From assembly GCA_028283955.1 (NCBI GenBank), contig JANQSP010000084.1:16065-80064 (forward strand): a stretch of 64,000 nucleotides of DNA. The letters run 5' to 3'. The position numbers were made by a program, and so were the translations under genes. The notes beneath the pieces are model-generated. The model searched no databases and was not told the DNA's origin. It saw nothing but the letters and a program-made list of their open reading frames with translations. Positions within the stretch are counted from its first letter, which is position 1; every line of letters begins with the position of its first letter. Of this stretch, positions 17,844 through 27,963 are shown piece after piece. This DNA is from Bdellovibrionales bacterium (GTDB lineage Bacteria > Bdellovibrionota > Bdellovibrionia > Bdellovibrionales > UBA1609).

Positions 17844-18695
17844 ATGAAAACATCAAAAAACAAAACTATATGGACAAAAATGAGTGGCGCTGAGAACAGC
17901 TTTTGGATCACCCACTTTCCCTCTCCTGTTCTTTCTTCTTTTTCAATGAATAGAAATTGGTCGCAGGTAGCCAAAACTCTTTGTAAACAACCCGGTAACT
18001 CCCACGCGAAAGTAGATGGCTTGGTTATCTTATTACCCTCAAACACCTGTGACTTTAAATGGCTTTTTTACAATGCAGATGGATCACCCGCGGAAATGTG
18101 TGGCAATGCTGCCTGTTGTGTAGCGGATTACGTATTTAAAAAAAAACTAATACCTGTTGAAAGGGCTTCATTTACATTTGAAACCGCAGCCCAAAAAATA
18201 AAAGGGAAATTAAAAGAAGGCAAAGCCTGCATTTTTCTTAAACAAGCTGAAGCAATCCAAGGTCCTTTTGAAGTTTTTATCAATACAGATGAAAAAACTT
18301 CCTACTTTTTTATAGACAGCTCTGTTCCTCATGCCGTAATTGAATTACCAACCTGGCCATCCTCCTTAACAGACTGGGAAAATAAAAAAACCATAGCAGA
18401 AGTTTTAAGAAAAAGAACAACACACCATAAAAACGGAATGAACGTGTCATTTTATTATCGCCAAAATAACACGCAATTACTTGCACGCAGTTTTGAAAGA
18501 GGTATTGAAGACTTTACACCGGCCTGCGGGACCGGAGCCTTGGCTGTAGCACAAATACATCATCAACGCCAACCTGATGTGAAACGTATTTTTGTCCAAA
18601 TGCCAGGAGGACAGTTGGAAGTTGGCTTTCACTCTGATAAAACAGTGTCCCTTGTATCACCGGTTAAATGGTTACAGGAAATGGAAGAGAAGTGA
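17844..18695 (+). CDS. dapF: Diaminopimelate epimerase
   Basis: 'WTKMSGAENSF' (G-x-G-N-D-F position), 'FYNADGSPAEMCGNAACC' and 'ERGIEDFTPACGTGALA' contain the two catalytic Cys motifs. Confidence 0.85.
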   Translation: MKTSKNKTIWTKMSGAENSFWITHFPSPVLSSFSMNRNWSQVAKTLCKQPGNSHAKVDGLVILLPSNTCDFKWLFYNADGSPAEMCGNAACCVADYVFKKKLIPVERASFTFETAAQKIKGKLKEGKACIFLKQAEAIQGPFEVFINTDEKTSYFFIDSSVPHAVIELPTWPSSLTDWENKKTIAEVLRKRTTHHKNGMNVSFYYRQNNTQLLARSFERGIEDFTPACGTGALAVAQIHHQRQPDVKRIFVQMPGGQLEVGFHSDKTVSLVSPVKWLQEMEEK

Positions 18696-18699
18696 CTGT

Positions 18700-19860
18700 A
18701 TGGCTATAATAAACTACCCTATAAAAATTAAAAACAAAGTACAAGAAACAAAAGACAGTGTTTCTTTTATATTTGAAGTACCTGATGAGCATAAATCAGT
18801 ATTTCATTATGCCCCCGCTCAATTTTTAACTTTCAACTTTCAGATTAAAGGAAAAGAGTTTTTAAGAAGCTACTCTCTTTCTTCCTGTCCTCTGTTAAAT
18901 GAAGAACTAAAAACCACAGTAAAAAGAGTGGAGGGAGGAACAGTTTCCAACTACATGATAGATCATCTAAAGGAGGGAGATACTCTCTTATCTCGAAAAC
19001 CCGCCGGTCGGTTCTTTAAACCTCCAACAGATTTAAAACCAAAACATTACTTTCTTTTTGCCGGAGGTAGTGGCATTACCCCTTTATTTTCCATCATTAA
19101 GACTGTCTTAACCAGTGACTCTAAAAATAAAATCACCTTATTTTATGCCAACAGAGATGAATCCTCCATTATTTATCATAAGGAATTAAAAAAATGGAAA
19201 GATCAACATAAAGGATTTAACATAGTACATATTTTAAGTAAAAAAAAAACACCTTGGTGTAATATCCATGGAAGACTTGAAATAAAACACCTGGAAAAAT
19301 ACTTCTCGGATATTTCAATTAATAATTCCAACCACCTTTATTACTTATGTGGTCCAATAGGGTTTATGCAAACCGTACAGGATTTTTTAATACAGAATAC
19401 AGTAAAAAAAACACATATTCGTAAAGAAAGTTTTTTTTCCAGTACTCAAAAAACATTTCTTTCAACAAAAACAAAAGAGCAAAACACCATACCACCTATA
19501 ACCACTAATGAAAGCTTCTATCAAACCGGCTCCCAGCCGGAAATCCTTCTTACAGGAAAAGAAGGGGAAAATGAAAAGGCACTTCCAGAAACAATTCGGG
19601 CTTTTATTAACAAAGAAAAGATCGAGATCCCTGCTCAGTCTGATATTCCCATACTGGAACAACTGCTTTCCGCCGGGCATTCTCCGCCCTTTTCCTGCCT
19701 TTCCGGCTCCTGCATGTCCTGTCTGGCTGTTTTAAAAAAAGGACGTATCACCCAAGAGGAAAGAGGTATTTTAGAAGATGAGAACTTGAAAAATCATGAA
19801 ATTCTTACCTGCCAAGCCAAACCGGAATCACGATTAGTGGAAGTGGATTACGATAATTGA
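18700..19860 (+). CDS. Ferredoxin-NAD(P)+ reductase-type oxidoreductase with C-terminal plant-type 2Fe-2S ferredoxin domain
   Basis: Start moved to ATG 18700, just after the dapF stop. FAD motif 'LRSYSLSS', 'GTVSNY', NAD motif 'LFAGGSGITPLFSI', 'LCGP'. C-terminal cluster ligands 'CLSGSCMSCLAVL...ILTCQA'. Confidence 0.8.
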   Translation: MAIINYPIKIKNKVQETKDSVSFIFEVPDEHKSVFHYAPAQFLTFNFQIKGKEFLRSYSLSSCPLLNEELKTTVKRVEGGTVSNYMIDHLKEGDTLLSRKPAGRFFKPPTDLKPKHYFLFAGGSGITPLFSIIKTVLTSDSKNKITLFYANRDESSIIYHKELKKWKDQHKGFNIVHILSKKKTPWCNIHGRLEIKHLEKYFSDISINNSNHLYYLCGPIGFMQTVQDFLIQNTVKKTHIRKESFFSSTQKTFLSTKTKEQNTIPPITTNESFYQTGSQPEILLTGKEGENEKALPETIRAFINKEKIEIPAQSDIPILEQLLSAGHSPPFSCLSGSCMSCLAVLKKGRITQEERGILEDENLKNHEILTCQAKPESRLVEVDYDN

Positions 19861-20489
19861 TGACTGATAAATTCCTGTACTTGCAACAAAATAGCGTGAG
19901 GAATTTCATGACCGCCATCAAAAGAAATAAATTTTCCGGCCCATTGTAAATCACATAAAAAATCATATACTTCCTTTGCTTCAGAGTATAAAAGAAGCGG
20001 ATCTGTTTTGCCATGGCACTGAAAAAAAGAACCCGCTTTTGAAAAATTTTTCTTCTCCCGAGTCAAAACTTCATATGGAAATAAAGCTCCAGACATAATA
20101 ATCAGGGCTTGAGGTGGCGGACTCATTCTCAACGCCAGGTTTAAAGCCATAATAGCTCCTTGAGAAAAACCACCTAAAATAATTTTATTCGTATTTAAAG
20201 ACCTTATGAAATCCAACAGCTGCTCACAATGTTTTTGTAAATGAGAAAGAGAGTGCTCATCTGAAAAGAGCCTGTTATCGTTCATCTTTAATGAAAACCA
20301 GGCCCGACCTCCAAAAATATCATAAGGCGATTTTAATTCCAGAGGTCCGTTCGGAAAAATCCACCGACAGGGAACAGGTAATTTCAGAGTATGAAAACCA
20401 CTTAAATCGCGGGCATTAGCTCCATATCCATGAAAAAAAAGCAAACAGGGAGAAACTTCATCACCTGTGCTGAAATCCAGATATTCCAT
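19848..20489 (-). CDS. Alpha/beta hydrolase, phospholipase/carboxylesterase family
   Basis: 'LLFFHGYGANARD', nucleophile elbow 'GGFSQGA', 'CHGKTDPLL', 'GGHEI', consistent with a Ser-Asp-His triad. Confidence 0.75.
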   Translation of the reverse strand: MEYLDFSTGDEVSPCLLFFHGYGANARDLSGFHTLKLPVPCRWIFPNGPLELKSPYDIFGGRAWFSLKMNDNRLFSDEHSLSHLQKHCEQLLDFIRSLNTNKIILGGFSQGAIMALNLALRMSPPPQALIIMSGALFPYEVLTREKKNFSKAGSFFQCHGKTDPLLLYSEAKEVYDFLCDLQWAGKFISFDGGHEIPHAILLQVQEFISHQLS

Positions 20490-20597
20490 TTCCCCTGTTT
20501 TTTTCAGATTTCACCTCCAAAGAACACTGCTTTTTTTATATTAATATATTAAAATAAAAAGAGAAGAACAGTAAATCTACAACAGACACTAAAATTT

Positions 20598-21071
20598 ATG
20601 AAACTCTTATTTGTTTGCCTTGGAAATATTTGTCGCTCTCCAGCAGCAGAAGCTATTATGAATAAATTTATTGAAGACAGAAATATGGCAGATCATATTA
20701 CCTGTGATTCCGCCGGCACCTCTCAACACCACGCAGGTCATCAAGCCGACCCGAGAATGAGAAAACACGCCAAAGTAAAAGGATACAACATCACAAGTAT
20801 TAGCCGGGCATTTGAAACAGAAGATTTTAATAATTTTAATTGGATAATCACTATGGATGACTCAAACTATGAAAATGTGTCATCTCTTGCAATAACAGAA
20901 AAAGATAAAAAGAAAATACTTAAAATGGCTGATTTTTGTATGATAAAAAACTGCAACTTTATTCCAGACCCTTATTATGAGGGGGATCAAGGTTTTTTAA
21001 ATGTTATTACCCTATTGGAAGATAGTTGTTCTCAACTGCTAAAATACTTACTAAAAAAAGAAAACAAATAA
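20598..21071 (+). CDS. Low-molecular-weight protein-tyrosine phosphatase
   Basis: P-loop 'LFVCLGNICRSPAAEA' (C-x5-R-S) and D-loop 'IPDPYYEGD'. Confidence 0.9.
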   Translation: MKLLFVCLGNICRSPAAEAIMNKFIEDRNMADHITCDSAGTSQHHAGHQADPRMRKHAKVKGYNITSISRAFETEDFNNFNWIITMDDSNYENVSSLAITEKDKKKILKMADFCMIKNCNFIPDPYYEGDQGFLNVITLLEDSCSQLLKYLLKKENK

Positions 21072-21077
21072 ATTTCA

Positions 21078-21809
21078 TTAACTTTTTTCTATTTTATGAC
21101 CTAAAAACGTATAAAATTCCACGTCCACAACATAGACTTTACCTTCGGCGGAAACCATAAATTGAAAATCCTTATCAGAAACACCGTACTCTAAAAATAA
21201 AGAATATATGTGCTTTAATTGTTGAAGAATGTCTGTATGATATTTTACATCAAAAGATTTAAAAGCCGCTTCCAAGGATTTGAACACAGGACTTTCCTGA
21301 AAGGAACTAACCATATATAAAGATCCATCTGTATTCCTTACAACACCCTTAAATAGAACGGGAATACCTATTTCACTCAATGTACGTAGTATAGCCAGTT
21401 CCCTTTCCCCATTAGGTTGTGTTATTTGTTTTAGAAAAACCTTTTCTCCCCGCCATTTTGCAACTTTATAAAACTGACTGTTCTCGTGTCTATTATATTT
21501 CTTCTCAATGAGAGAGGCGGGTTTCGGTAAAACCTCCAACTCATAAGTTTCAATACCATCAGTAATAGTACGTTTATTTCTTACAATATGTGTATGGGGG
21601 ATAGCTCCCCCTGACATTTCCACTTCGGAAATATTAATATCAGGAACGATACGTTCCTCTTCTACATAAAATTTCTCAAACATTTCCTTTACCGATTGCG
21701 GAGATAACTGTCCCTTATGCTTTAAGTCCCAAACCCCCGGGCAAGAGCTATTTGCCTGAGAATAAAAGTGTCCGATAAAAAGTATGACACTAAAAACAAT
21801 TTTACTCAC
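21078..21809 (-). CDS. Secreted hypothetical protein with possible atypical protein-kinase-like fold
   Basis: Signal peptide 'MSKIVFSVILFIGHFYSQA'. The order 'GEKVFLKQI' (beta3 Lys-like), 'ERELAILRTLSEIGIP' (alphaC Glu-like), 'LYMVSSFQES' (hinge-like), 'GVSDKDFQFMV...KVYVVDVEF' (catalytic/DFG-like) was read by eye and is unverified. Confidence 0.5.
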   Translation of the reverse strand: MSKIVFSVILFIGHFYSQANSSCPGVWDLKHKGQLSPQSVKEMFEKFYVEEERIVPDINISEVEMSGGAIPHTHIVRNKRTITDGIETYELEVLPKPASLIEKKYNRHENSQFYKVAKWRGEKVFLKQITQPNGERELAILRTLSEIGIPVLFKGVVRNTDGSLYMVSSFQESPVFKSLEAAFKSFDVKYHTDILQQLKHIYSLFLEYGVSDKDFQFMVSAEGKVYVVDVEFYTFLGHKIEKS

Positions 21810-21987
21810 TTTATTAACCTTTATTTAATAATAAAAAATGACAAATCCAATATAGTAAATAATCTTTTTCAATACAAAATAATATCTCTCTTTTAAGGTT
21901 AGTAATGAAATATTTTCACATTAAATATATGAATGACAGCATTATATTTATTTCAGAGGTATTGATTATAATACTTTATAAAGTGTT

Positions 21988-22872
21988 TCATAAATTGTTT
22001 CTATGTAGAAACTTTCTCTCATCGTAAAGTTCATAACAGGCTTTTTCATTTTTTCGGATACGGGCACAAGCTATATCTTTATCATGTGTAAAAAAAATTA
22101 ACCATTTTTCTTTTTCAGCTTTTTTATATAAACCTTGCTTTTCTTCAATTAGTTTTTCCGGCCAACGATCGTACCCCATAGTCACTGGCAAATGTACCCA
22201 CGCTTTTCCTGGTATAAGATCACCAGCAAAAAAAATCCTCTCTTCTTTTTTATTTTTAAACAGGACATGCATCTGTCCCGGGGTATGTCCGTCCGTAAAT
22301 ACAAAAGAAAGATGTTCTTCCAACACATCAGGCAGTTTATCTCCCTCAACAATGATTAATCGACCACTTTGCTCCAGTTTTTCTGTCAGGCCGGGAATAA
22401 AAGAAGCCCGATCTCTTAAATGAGGTTGACAGGCCCTTTGAAACGCTTTTTTCCCTACAACATAACGGGCATTGGGAAAGCAAAGATCCGGTTTTCCCTT
22501 TTTTTGTTCATGATAAGAGGGTAATAGTCCTCCGGCATGATCAAAATGCAGATGTGATAATATGACATAATCAATGTCCTCCTCTTTAATACCCAAAGCG
22601 GCCAGATTCCCAAGAAGTTCATGTCGATCACTTTTCTGAACACCGTACCTTTCAGCCAATTTTGGCTCAAAGAAAGCACCAATACCTGTCTCACATAAAA
22701 TTTTTAGTTTTTCGGTTTCAATAAGCAATGTACGACAGGCTAAATGAATACGCCCCTGTGTATCCGGCGTTTCCCAACGGGACCAAAGCGCCCGCGGCAC
22801 ATTGCCAAACATAGCACCCCCATCCAAAGCCTGTCCATTACCCTCAACAGAAGAAAATAAAACCGTTTTCAT
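21988..22872 (-). CDS. MBL-fold metallo-hydrolase
   Basis: 'VILSHLHFDHAGG' (HxHxDH) with downstream 'GHTPG' and 'THD' metal-ligand positions. Confidence 0.85.
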   Translation of the reverse strand: MKTVLFSSVEGNGQALDGGAMFGNVPRALWSRWETPDTQGRIHLACRTLLIETEKLKILCETGIGAFFEPKLAERYGVQKSDRHELLGNLAALGIKEEDIDYVILSHLHFDHAGGLLPSYHEQKKGKPDLCFPNARYVVGKKAFQRACQPHLRDRASFIPGLTEKLEQSGRLIIVEGDKLPDVLEEHLSFVFTDGHTPGQMHVLFKNKKEERIFFAGDLIPGKAWVHLPVTMGYDRWPEKLIEEKQGLYKKAEKEKWLIFFTHDKDIACARIRKNEKACYELYDERKFLHRNNL

Positions 22873-23083
22873 ATAATTTTTTTACCCGTCGCGGCCCCTA
22901 TTTAAAAATTTAACCTTTTGGCAACATAGATAGGCAATCTTAAAATTACTTAACCCAAAAAGGCAAGTTAATGTCTCATTCCCTGTTCATACACACTTCA
23001 AATAACTGTCATTTCAGGATTTTTTTGACTATTCACCCAAGAGAGGTTTAAAAGTCCTTTTAAAAAGTAAAAAAGAGAACACT

Positions 23084-23764
23084 ATGTTTTTTGAAAATAT
23101 TGAACAGTTTTTATTACATTTTCTCACCTCCTTCGCTTATGACCCTTTTGCCTTCTACGGTATTATTATTTTAATTATGACCTTAGCCACCTTTGGCCTA
23201 CCTGTTTCAGAGGAAGTGGTCATTATCTCCGCCGCCTTGGTAACTTATATGGGCGCCCATCCTGAAATTTATCCTCCACCCCTTTTTGCCATTGAAGAAG
23301 CCCAAAGTCCCGTACAACCAGTCACTACAGCCCTGGTCTGTTTTCTCTCTGTTTTCTTAAGTGATCTATTAGTTTACATGATTGGTTTTATCTTCAGAGG
23401 AAAAATTATTAATCATCCAATATTAAAAAAAATCATTTCCCAAAAAAGGAAGGAAAAGATTAACTTATGGATTTCCAAATATGGATATTTCGTTTCAGGC
23501 ATGTTTCGATTTACTCCCGGCCTGAGATTTATCGGATACCTCACTTGCGGAGTGGTTCGTATTCCTATCCATAAATTTATCCTTATTAATGGAGGAGTGG
23601 CTTTACTTGTAGTTCCTTCCCAAGTCCTGATTATTTCCATTTATGGAGAAACCATCATCTCGAATTTAAAATTTGTCGCCGCTATCCTGGCTTTTTTATT
23701 TTTTTCCTTTACCACTGTTCTTATCTTTTCTTACTTATATAAACTAATGAAACAAAAAGAATAA
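23084..23764 (+). CDS. DedA/VTT-domain family membrane protein
   Basis: 'FGLPVSEEVVIISAA' and 'GMFRFTPGLRFIGYLTCGV' match the DedA signature. Several TM helices. Confidence 0.7.
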   Translation: MFFENIEQFLLHFLTSFAYDPFAFYGIIILIMTLATFGLPVSEEVVIISAALVTYMGAHPEIYPPPLFAIEEAQSPVQPVTTALVCFLSVFLSDLLVYMIGFIFRGKIINHPILKKIISQKRKEKINLWISKYGYFVSGMFRFTPGLRFIGYLTCGVVRIPIHKFILINGGVALLVVPSQVLIISIYGETIISNLKFVAAILAFLFFSFTTVLIFSYLYKLMKQKE

Positions 23765-23768
23765 AAAA

Positions 23769-24743
23769 TTGAAAAAAAAATATATTTCTTTTAATGAGGC
23801 CTGCAATATTATTAATAAAGGAGGAGTGGTTGCTGTTCCAACAGAAACCGTATACGGTCTGGCCGGATCTGTGTTTAGTGAGTCAGCACTAAAACAAATT
23901 TTTAGAATAAAAAAAAGACCTTCTTTCAATCCTCTGATCATCCACTGTGCCAGCATAGAGCAAATGAGTCAGTTTCATAACGTAAATGAACCCTTACTCA
24001 ATCAAATGATGGCTCACTTTTCTCCAGGTCCTTTAACTGTTATCTTAAACAAGACACATAATGTCCACCCTCTCATCACAGCCGGACAAGAAAAAGTGGG
24101 TTTAAGAATGCCCCGGCATCCTCTGACCTTAAACTTAATAAAAAAAACACAGGCATTATGCGCTCCCAGTGCCAACCTTTTCGGTCAACTAAGCCCTACA
24201 CGGGCTGAACATGTTTATTCCATGTTTAAAGATAAAGTTCCCGTATTAGACGGTGGAGAATGCAAATTGGGAATCGAATCCACGGTCCTGGAACCTGATT
24301 TTAAAAATAATTTAATAAAAATTCTCAGACCGGGGCTTATTTCAGAAGAAGAAATAAAAAAGTGGCTTAAGAAAGAAAAAAAAGAACACTGGTCCATAAA
24401 AAATGCCTCTTCTTCTCTCAGTCCAGGACAATTAAAAAAACACTATCAACCCTCTGTTCCCCTGGTATTAATTGAAATCAAAAACATAAAACCCCCAATA
24501 AATAAAGAAGTAACTCAAAAGCTTTGCCATCTTTTCCCTGAAAAAACCTTTATACAATTAAAATTGAAATCATCCGCTGTCCTCACTGCCAGAATGCTGT
24601 ATCATCAATTAAACACTTTACAAAAACCCTCTTATGTTATTTATATAATTAAAGATACCAAAAACAACCAAACCGGATCATGGAAGGCAATATGGAATCG
24701 CTTAAATAAAGCTGCCTCCCACCACATACAATGGAAAGAATAA
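23769..24743 (+). CDS. tsaC: L-threonylcarbamoyladenylate synthase (Sua5/TsaC family, long form)
   Basis: 'GGVVAVPTETVYGLAG', 'IFRIKKRPSFNPLIIH', 'GLRMPRHP', 'APSANLFG', 'GIESTV'. TTG start at 23769, immediately after the dedA-like stop. Confidence 0.85.
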   Translation: MKKKYISFNEACNIINKGGVVAVPTETVYGLAGSVFSESALKQIFRIKKRPSFNPLIIHCASIEQMSQFHNVNEPLLNQMMAHFSPGPLTVILNKTHNVHPLITAGQEKVGLRMPRHPLTLNLIKKTQALCAPSANLFGQLSPTRAEHVYSMFKDKVPVLDGGECKLGIESTVLEPDFKNNLIKILRPGLISEEEIKKWLKKEKKEHWSIKNASSSLSPGQLKKHYQPSVPLVLIEIKNIKPPINKEVTQKLCHLFPEKTFIQLKLKSSAVLTARMLYHQLNTLQKPSYVIYIIKDTKNNQTGSWKAIWNRLNKAASHHIQWKE

Positions 24744-25012
24744 TGAGAAAGAAAGAAGTAAAAAATTGCAACAGTTGTCTTATGCCTCTTAATTTAGACC
24801 TGGGAACAAGTGGATCACATATATACTGCAGCCTTTGCTTTACAGAAGGAGAGTTTATATATAAAGGAAATGACATAAATGAATTTAAGAGCTTATGTTA
24901 TAAAGGGATGAGAGAAAGAGGAATTAATAAATGGCTGGCAAAATTTTATACTTTTTTAATTTCTTTTGCCCCACGCTGGAGAAAAAGCAAATTACATAAA
25001 AATGAACAATAA
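24731..25012 (+). CDS. Zinc-ribbon domain protein
   Basis: 'CNSCLMPL...GSHIYCSLCFTEGEF' is a 4-Cys ribbon of the putative-zinc-ribbon type. Alternative in-frame ATG at 24743. Confidence 0.6.
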   Translation: MERIMRKKEVKNCNSCLMPLNLDLGTSGSHIYCSLCFTEGEFIYKGNDINEFKSLCYKGMRERGINKWLAKFYTFLISFAPRWRKSKLHKNEQ

Positions 25013-25670
25013 AATAAAACTGTACAGCTACTATCGTAGCTCTTGCTCTTATCGGATACGTATTGCACTTTATCTTAAGAAGATTCCCTTTGAATATATT
25101 CCTGTTCACCTCACAAAAAGTGGAGGAGAACAAAATAGCGAGGAATATAAAAAATTAAACCCGGAAGCACAGGTTCCCTGCCTTATACACAATAACCAGG
25201 TCCTAACGCAATCTATGGCTATTTTACAATATTTGGACGATATTTATCCTTCCCCATCTTTATTTCCAAAAGATAAAAAAGCTCAGATCATCAGTCTTTG
25301 TGAAATAATCAACAGTGGAATACAACCACTGCAAAATTTAAAGGTACTAAAATATTTAAAAACCAGCTATTCGGGGAGACAAAAAGAGATAACCCAGTGG
25401 TTAAGCTTTTGGATCCAAAACGGCCTTTCTTCTGTTGAAAAAAAAGCAAGAGAAAATAAATGTAGTCCTTTTGCTATAGGAAACAGTATAACAGCAGCGG
25501 AACTATTCATCATTCCCCAAATATATAATGCAAGAAGATTTAATGTAAATATGAATAATTTTCCAAAACTGCTGGAAATAGAAGAGCTATGTAAACATCT
25601 TCATCCCTTTAAAAAAGCCCATCCCGATCAACAGCCGGATAGTCCTTGGCAATCAAGAAAGAATCAATGA
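25002..25670 (+). CDS. maiA: Maleylacetoacetate isomerase (zeta-class glutathione S-transferase)
   Basis: 'KLYSYYRSSCSYRIRIALYLKKIPFEYIPVHL..GGEQNSEEYKKLNPEAQVPCL' is the zeta-GST N-terminal signature. Start set at ATG 25002 (MNNKIKLYSY). Confidence 0.85.
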   Translation: MNNKIKLYSYYRSSCSYRIRIALYLKKIPFEYIPVHLTKSGGEQNSEEYKKLNPEAQVPCLIHNNQVLTQSMAILQYLDDIYPSPSLFPKDKKAQIISLCEIINSGIQPLQNLKVLKYLKTSYSGRQKEITQWLSFWIQNGLSSVEKKARENKCSPFAIGNSITAAELFIIPQIYNARRFNVNMNNFPKLLEIEELCKHLHPFKKAHPDQQPDSPWQSRKNQ

Positions 25671-26980
25671 ACAACCACTCTTTATTATGGAATCGAAAAT
25701 TCTGGCCTCTGTGCTATACACAGTTTTTTGGTGCCTTTAACGATAATTTTTTTAAAAATGCACTCATTATTTTAATTACTTTTCAGTCCATGAACCTGAT
25801 CGGACTCAATACGGAACAACTTATTGCTCTTTGTGGCGGTATTTTTATTTTCCCTTTTTTCTTATTTTCAGCTCTCGCCGGACAAATAGCTGATAAACAT
25901 GAAAAATCCAAATTGATTATTTATATAAAGGTCCTTGAGTTATTCATAATGACACTGGCTGTAGCCGGCTTCATAACAAAAAGCTTATTCATTCTCTTAA
26001 TAGCTTTATTTTTAATGGGGCTACAGTCCTCTTTATTCAGCCCATTAAAATATAGCTACATACCACATCAAGTGCCCCCTTATAAACTAGTAGAAGCCAA
26101 TGCTTTACTTCAAAGTTCCACCTTTTTAGCTATCCTTATCGGAACTATTTTTGGAGGTCTTATTATTGCTATCCCGGAAATGGGATCTTTCTATGTCAGT
26201 CTGGGAGTAATCAGTTTAGCTATTATTGGTTTTTTATTCAGTCTTTTTATTACACAGGTTCCCCCTGTAGCACCGAATTTACCATTTAAATATAATCCCT
26301 TCACCTCTACCTGGAGTCTAATACATTATATCATACAAAAAAAACACGTTCTATGGACCATCTTGGGATTGGCTTGGTTTTGGTTTTATGGTGCTACTTT
26401 ACTATCTATTCTACCTGGCTACGGAAAAAAAATATTAGGAGGAAATGAACAGGTAGTCACTTTTTTACTTACCTTATTTTCTATTGGAATTGGCTTAGGC
26501 TGTATGATCTGTAAAAAAATATCCAGGCAGAAATTAAAACTGGGTCTGGCTCCTGTTGGCGCTTTAGGACTTAGTCTGTTCTTACTTGATTTATCTTTCC
26601 AGTCTTATTTTATGGAACCTGGTGCAACAGAATCTTTCTCTTTTTTTGATTTTATTAAAAATCCTAAAAACTTTAGAATCATATTTGATTTAAGTATGAT
26701 TGCTTTCTCTGGTGGATTATTTTTTGTACCTCTTATGACTTTCCTGCAAAAAATCTCTCCAAAAAAAAATCTATCCAGAATTATTGCCGGAGGAAATATT
26801 TTTGATGCGTTTTTCATGGTTATAGCTGCCATCATTATTATTATACTTTTTAGCATCGGCTTAAACGAAATAGAAATCTTTATTTTCCTGGCCTTACTCA
26901 ACCTGATAGTAACGGGGTATATCTATAAAATATCCAAAGTGTTTTCAAAAATTGAACAGACTGATTCATCTGTGGCTTAA
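25667..26980 (+). CDS. MFS transporter, lysophospholipid transporter (LplT)-like
   Basis: 'NRKFWPLCYTQFFGAFNDNFFKNAL' resembles the LplT/Aas N-terminal block. About 12 TM segments. ATG 25667 overlaps the maiA stop as ATGA. Confidence 0.7.
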   Translation: MNNHSLLWNRKFWPLCYTQFFGAFNDNFFKNALIILITFQSMNLIGLNTEQLIALCGGIFIFPFFLFSALAGQIADKHEKSKLIIYIKVLELFIMTLAVAGFITKSLFILLIALFLMGLQSSLFSPLKYSYIPHQVPPYKLVEANALLQSSTFLAILIGTIFGGLIIAIPEMGSFYVSLGVISLAIIGFLFSLFITQVPPVAPNLPFKYNPFTSTWSLIHYIIQKKHVLWTILGLAWFWFYGATLLSILPGYGKKILGGNEQVVTFLLTLFSIGIGLGCMICKKISRQKLKLGLAPVGALGLSLFLLDLSFQSYFMEPGATESFSFFDFIKNPKNFRIIFDLSMIAFSGGLFFVPLMTFLQKISPKKNLSRIIAGGNIFDAFFMVIAAIIIIILFSIGLNEIEIFIFLALLNLIVTGYIYKISKVFSKIEQTDSSVA

Positions 26981-26994
26981 CCTGTAATACAAAT

Positions 26995-27933
26995 CTATCT
27001 GATAACAGAATAAATCCACAAATCACAAACAGGCGCCCATAAAAAAAGAAGCACACTAAAATTTAACCACATAAAAAAAGGTTTCCATTTTAGTTTCTCA
27101 GAAAATTTTATAAATTCCAAAAACACTTTTATACAAAAAGGGATAAGCAAAAAAACATAAACAACATTCATCTTAAAAAACAGAGGTGAAATAAGAGCCA
27201 GACCAAGATAAGACAACAAATAAAAGCCCATATAGTAAATAGTTTTACTTAAACCCAAACGAAGAGGGAGAACCGGTATACCTGCTGACTTATAATCTTC
27301 TTTGTAATGTAAAGCCAAAGACCAAAAATGAGGCATCTGCCATAAAAAAAGAATAAAAAACAAATATAAGCACTCTATTGAAAAAATAGAGGAAGAGGGA
27401 ACAGAATAACCGATCATAACCGGTAAAGCCCCTGGCAGAGCGCCCGGGACAGCTGCAAAAATCCATTTTTTTTTCCATAAAACAGTATAAAAAAAGTTAT
27501 AAAGTAAAACCGCCAATAGAGCGAGACCGGCTGTCAATGGTTTTAGAGCCAATAACACAAATAAACCCATAACCGTTTGAATGATTCCAAGTGAATAAGC
27601 CTGAAAAACAGTAAGCTTTCCACATGGTACCGGACGCTTACTGGTTCGTTTCATTAATTGATCCAGGCGCCACTCATAGGCCTGGTTGAGAATAAAACTG
27701 CCACTAACTACAAAGTAAAGGCCCATCATTAACCATAGAAAAGGAAACCGGGGGGAAGGAAAAGAAGTATAAACCCCTATTACACTGGTATGCAAAGCCA
27801 GAGCATATCCGGCTCCTGCACTTATTAAAGCAAATATTACAATACCGGATTTGGTTAGCTTAAAATAATCCCGAAAAGAAAAACCACCAGAGCCTCTGTT
27901 AAACACATTAACTTCTTTTATATTTCTCAACAT
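26995..27933 (-). CDS. ctaB: Protoheme IX farnesyltransferase (heme O synthase)
   Basis: UbiA-type polytopic protein. 'NQAYEWRLDQLMKRTSKRPVPCG' (D-rich/KRT..RP motif). Adjacent to the oxidase genes. Confidence 0.9.
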   Translation of the reverse strand: MLRNIKEVNVFNRGSGGFSFRDYFKLTKSGIVIFALISAGAGYALALHTSVIGVYTSFPSPRFPFLWLMMGLYFVVSGSFILNQAYEWRLDQLMKRTSKRPVPCGKLTVFQAYSLGIIQTVMGLFVLLALKPLTAGLALLAVLLYNFFYTVLWKKKWIFAAVPGALPGALPVMIGYSVPSSSIFSIECLYLFFILFLWQMPHFWSLALHYKEDYKSAGIPVLPLRLGLSKTIYYMGFYLLSYLGLALISPLFFKMNVVYVFLLIPFCIKVFLEFIKFSEKLKWKPFFMWLNFSVLLFLWAPVCDLWIYSVIR

Positions 27934-27963
27934 TCATTTCCCTTATCAAACTCAAGTAAAAAA

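Noticed and set aside
22918-22936. A TGGCAA-n-TAGGCA sequence resembling a sigma-54 -24/-12 promoter upstream of the DedA-like gene.
   Set aside because: The GG-to-GC spacing is 14 nt rather than the required 12, and the -12 element is not TTGC.
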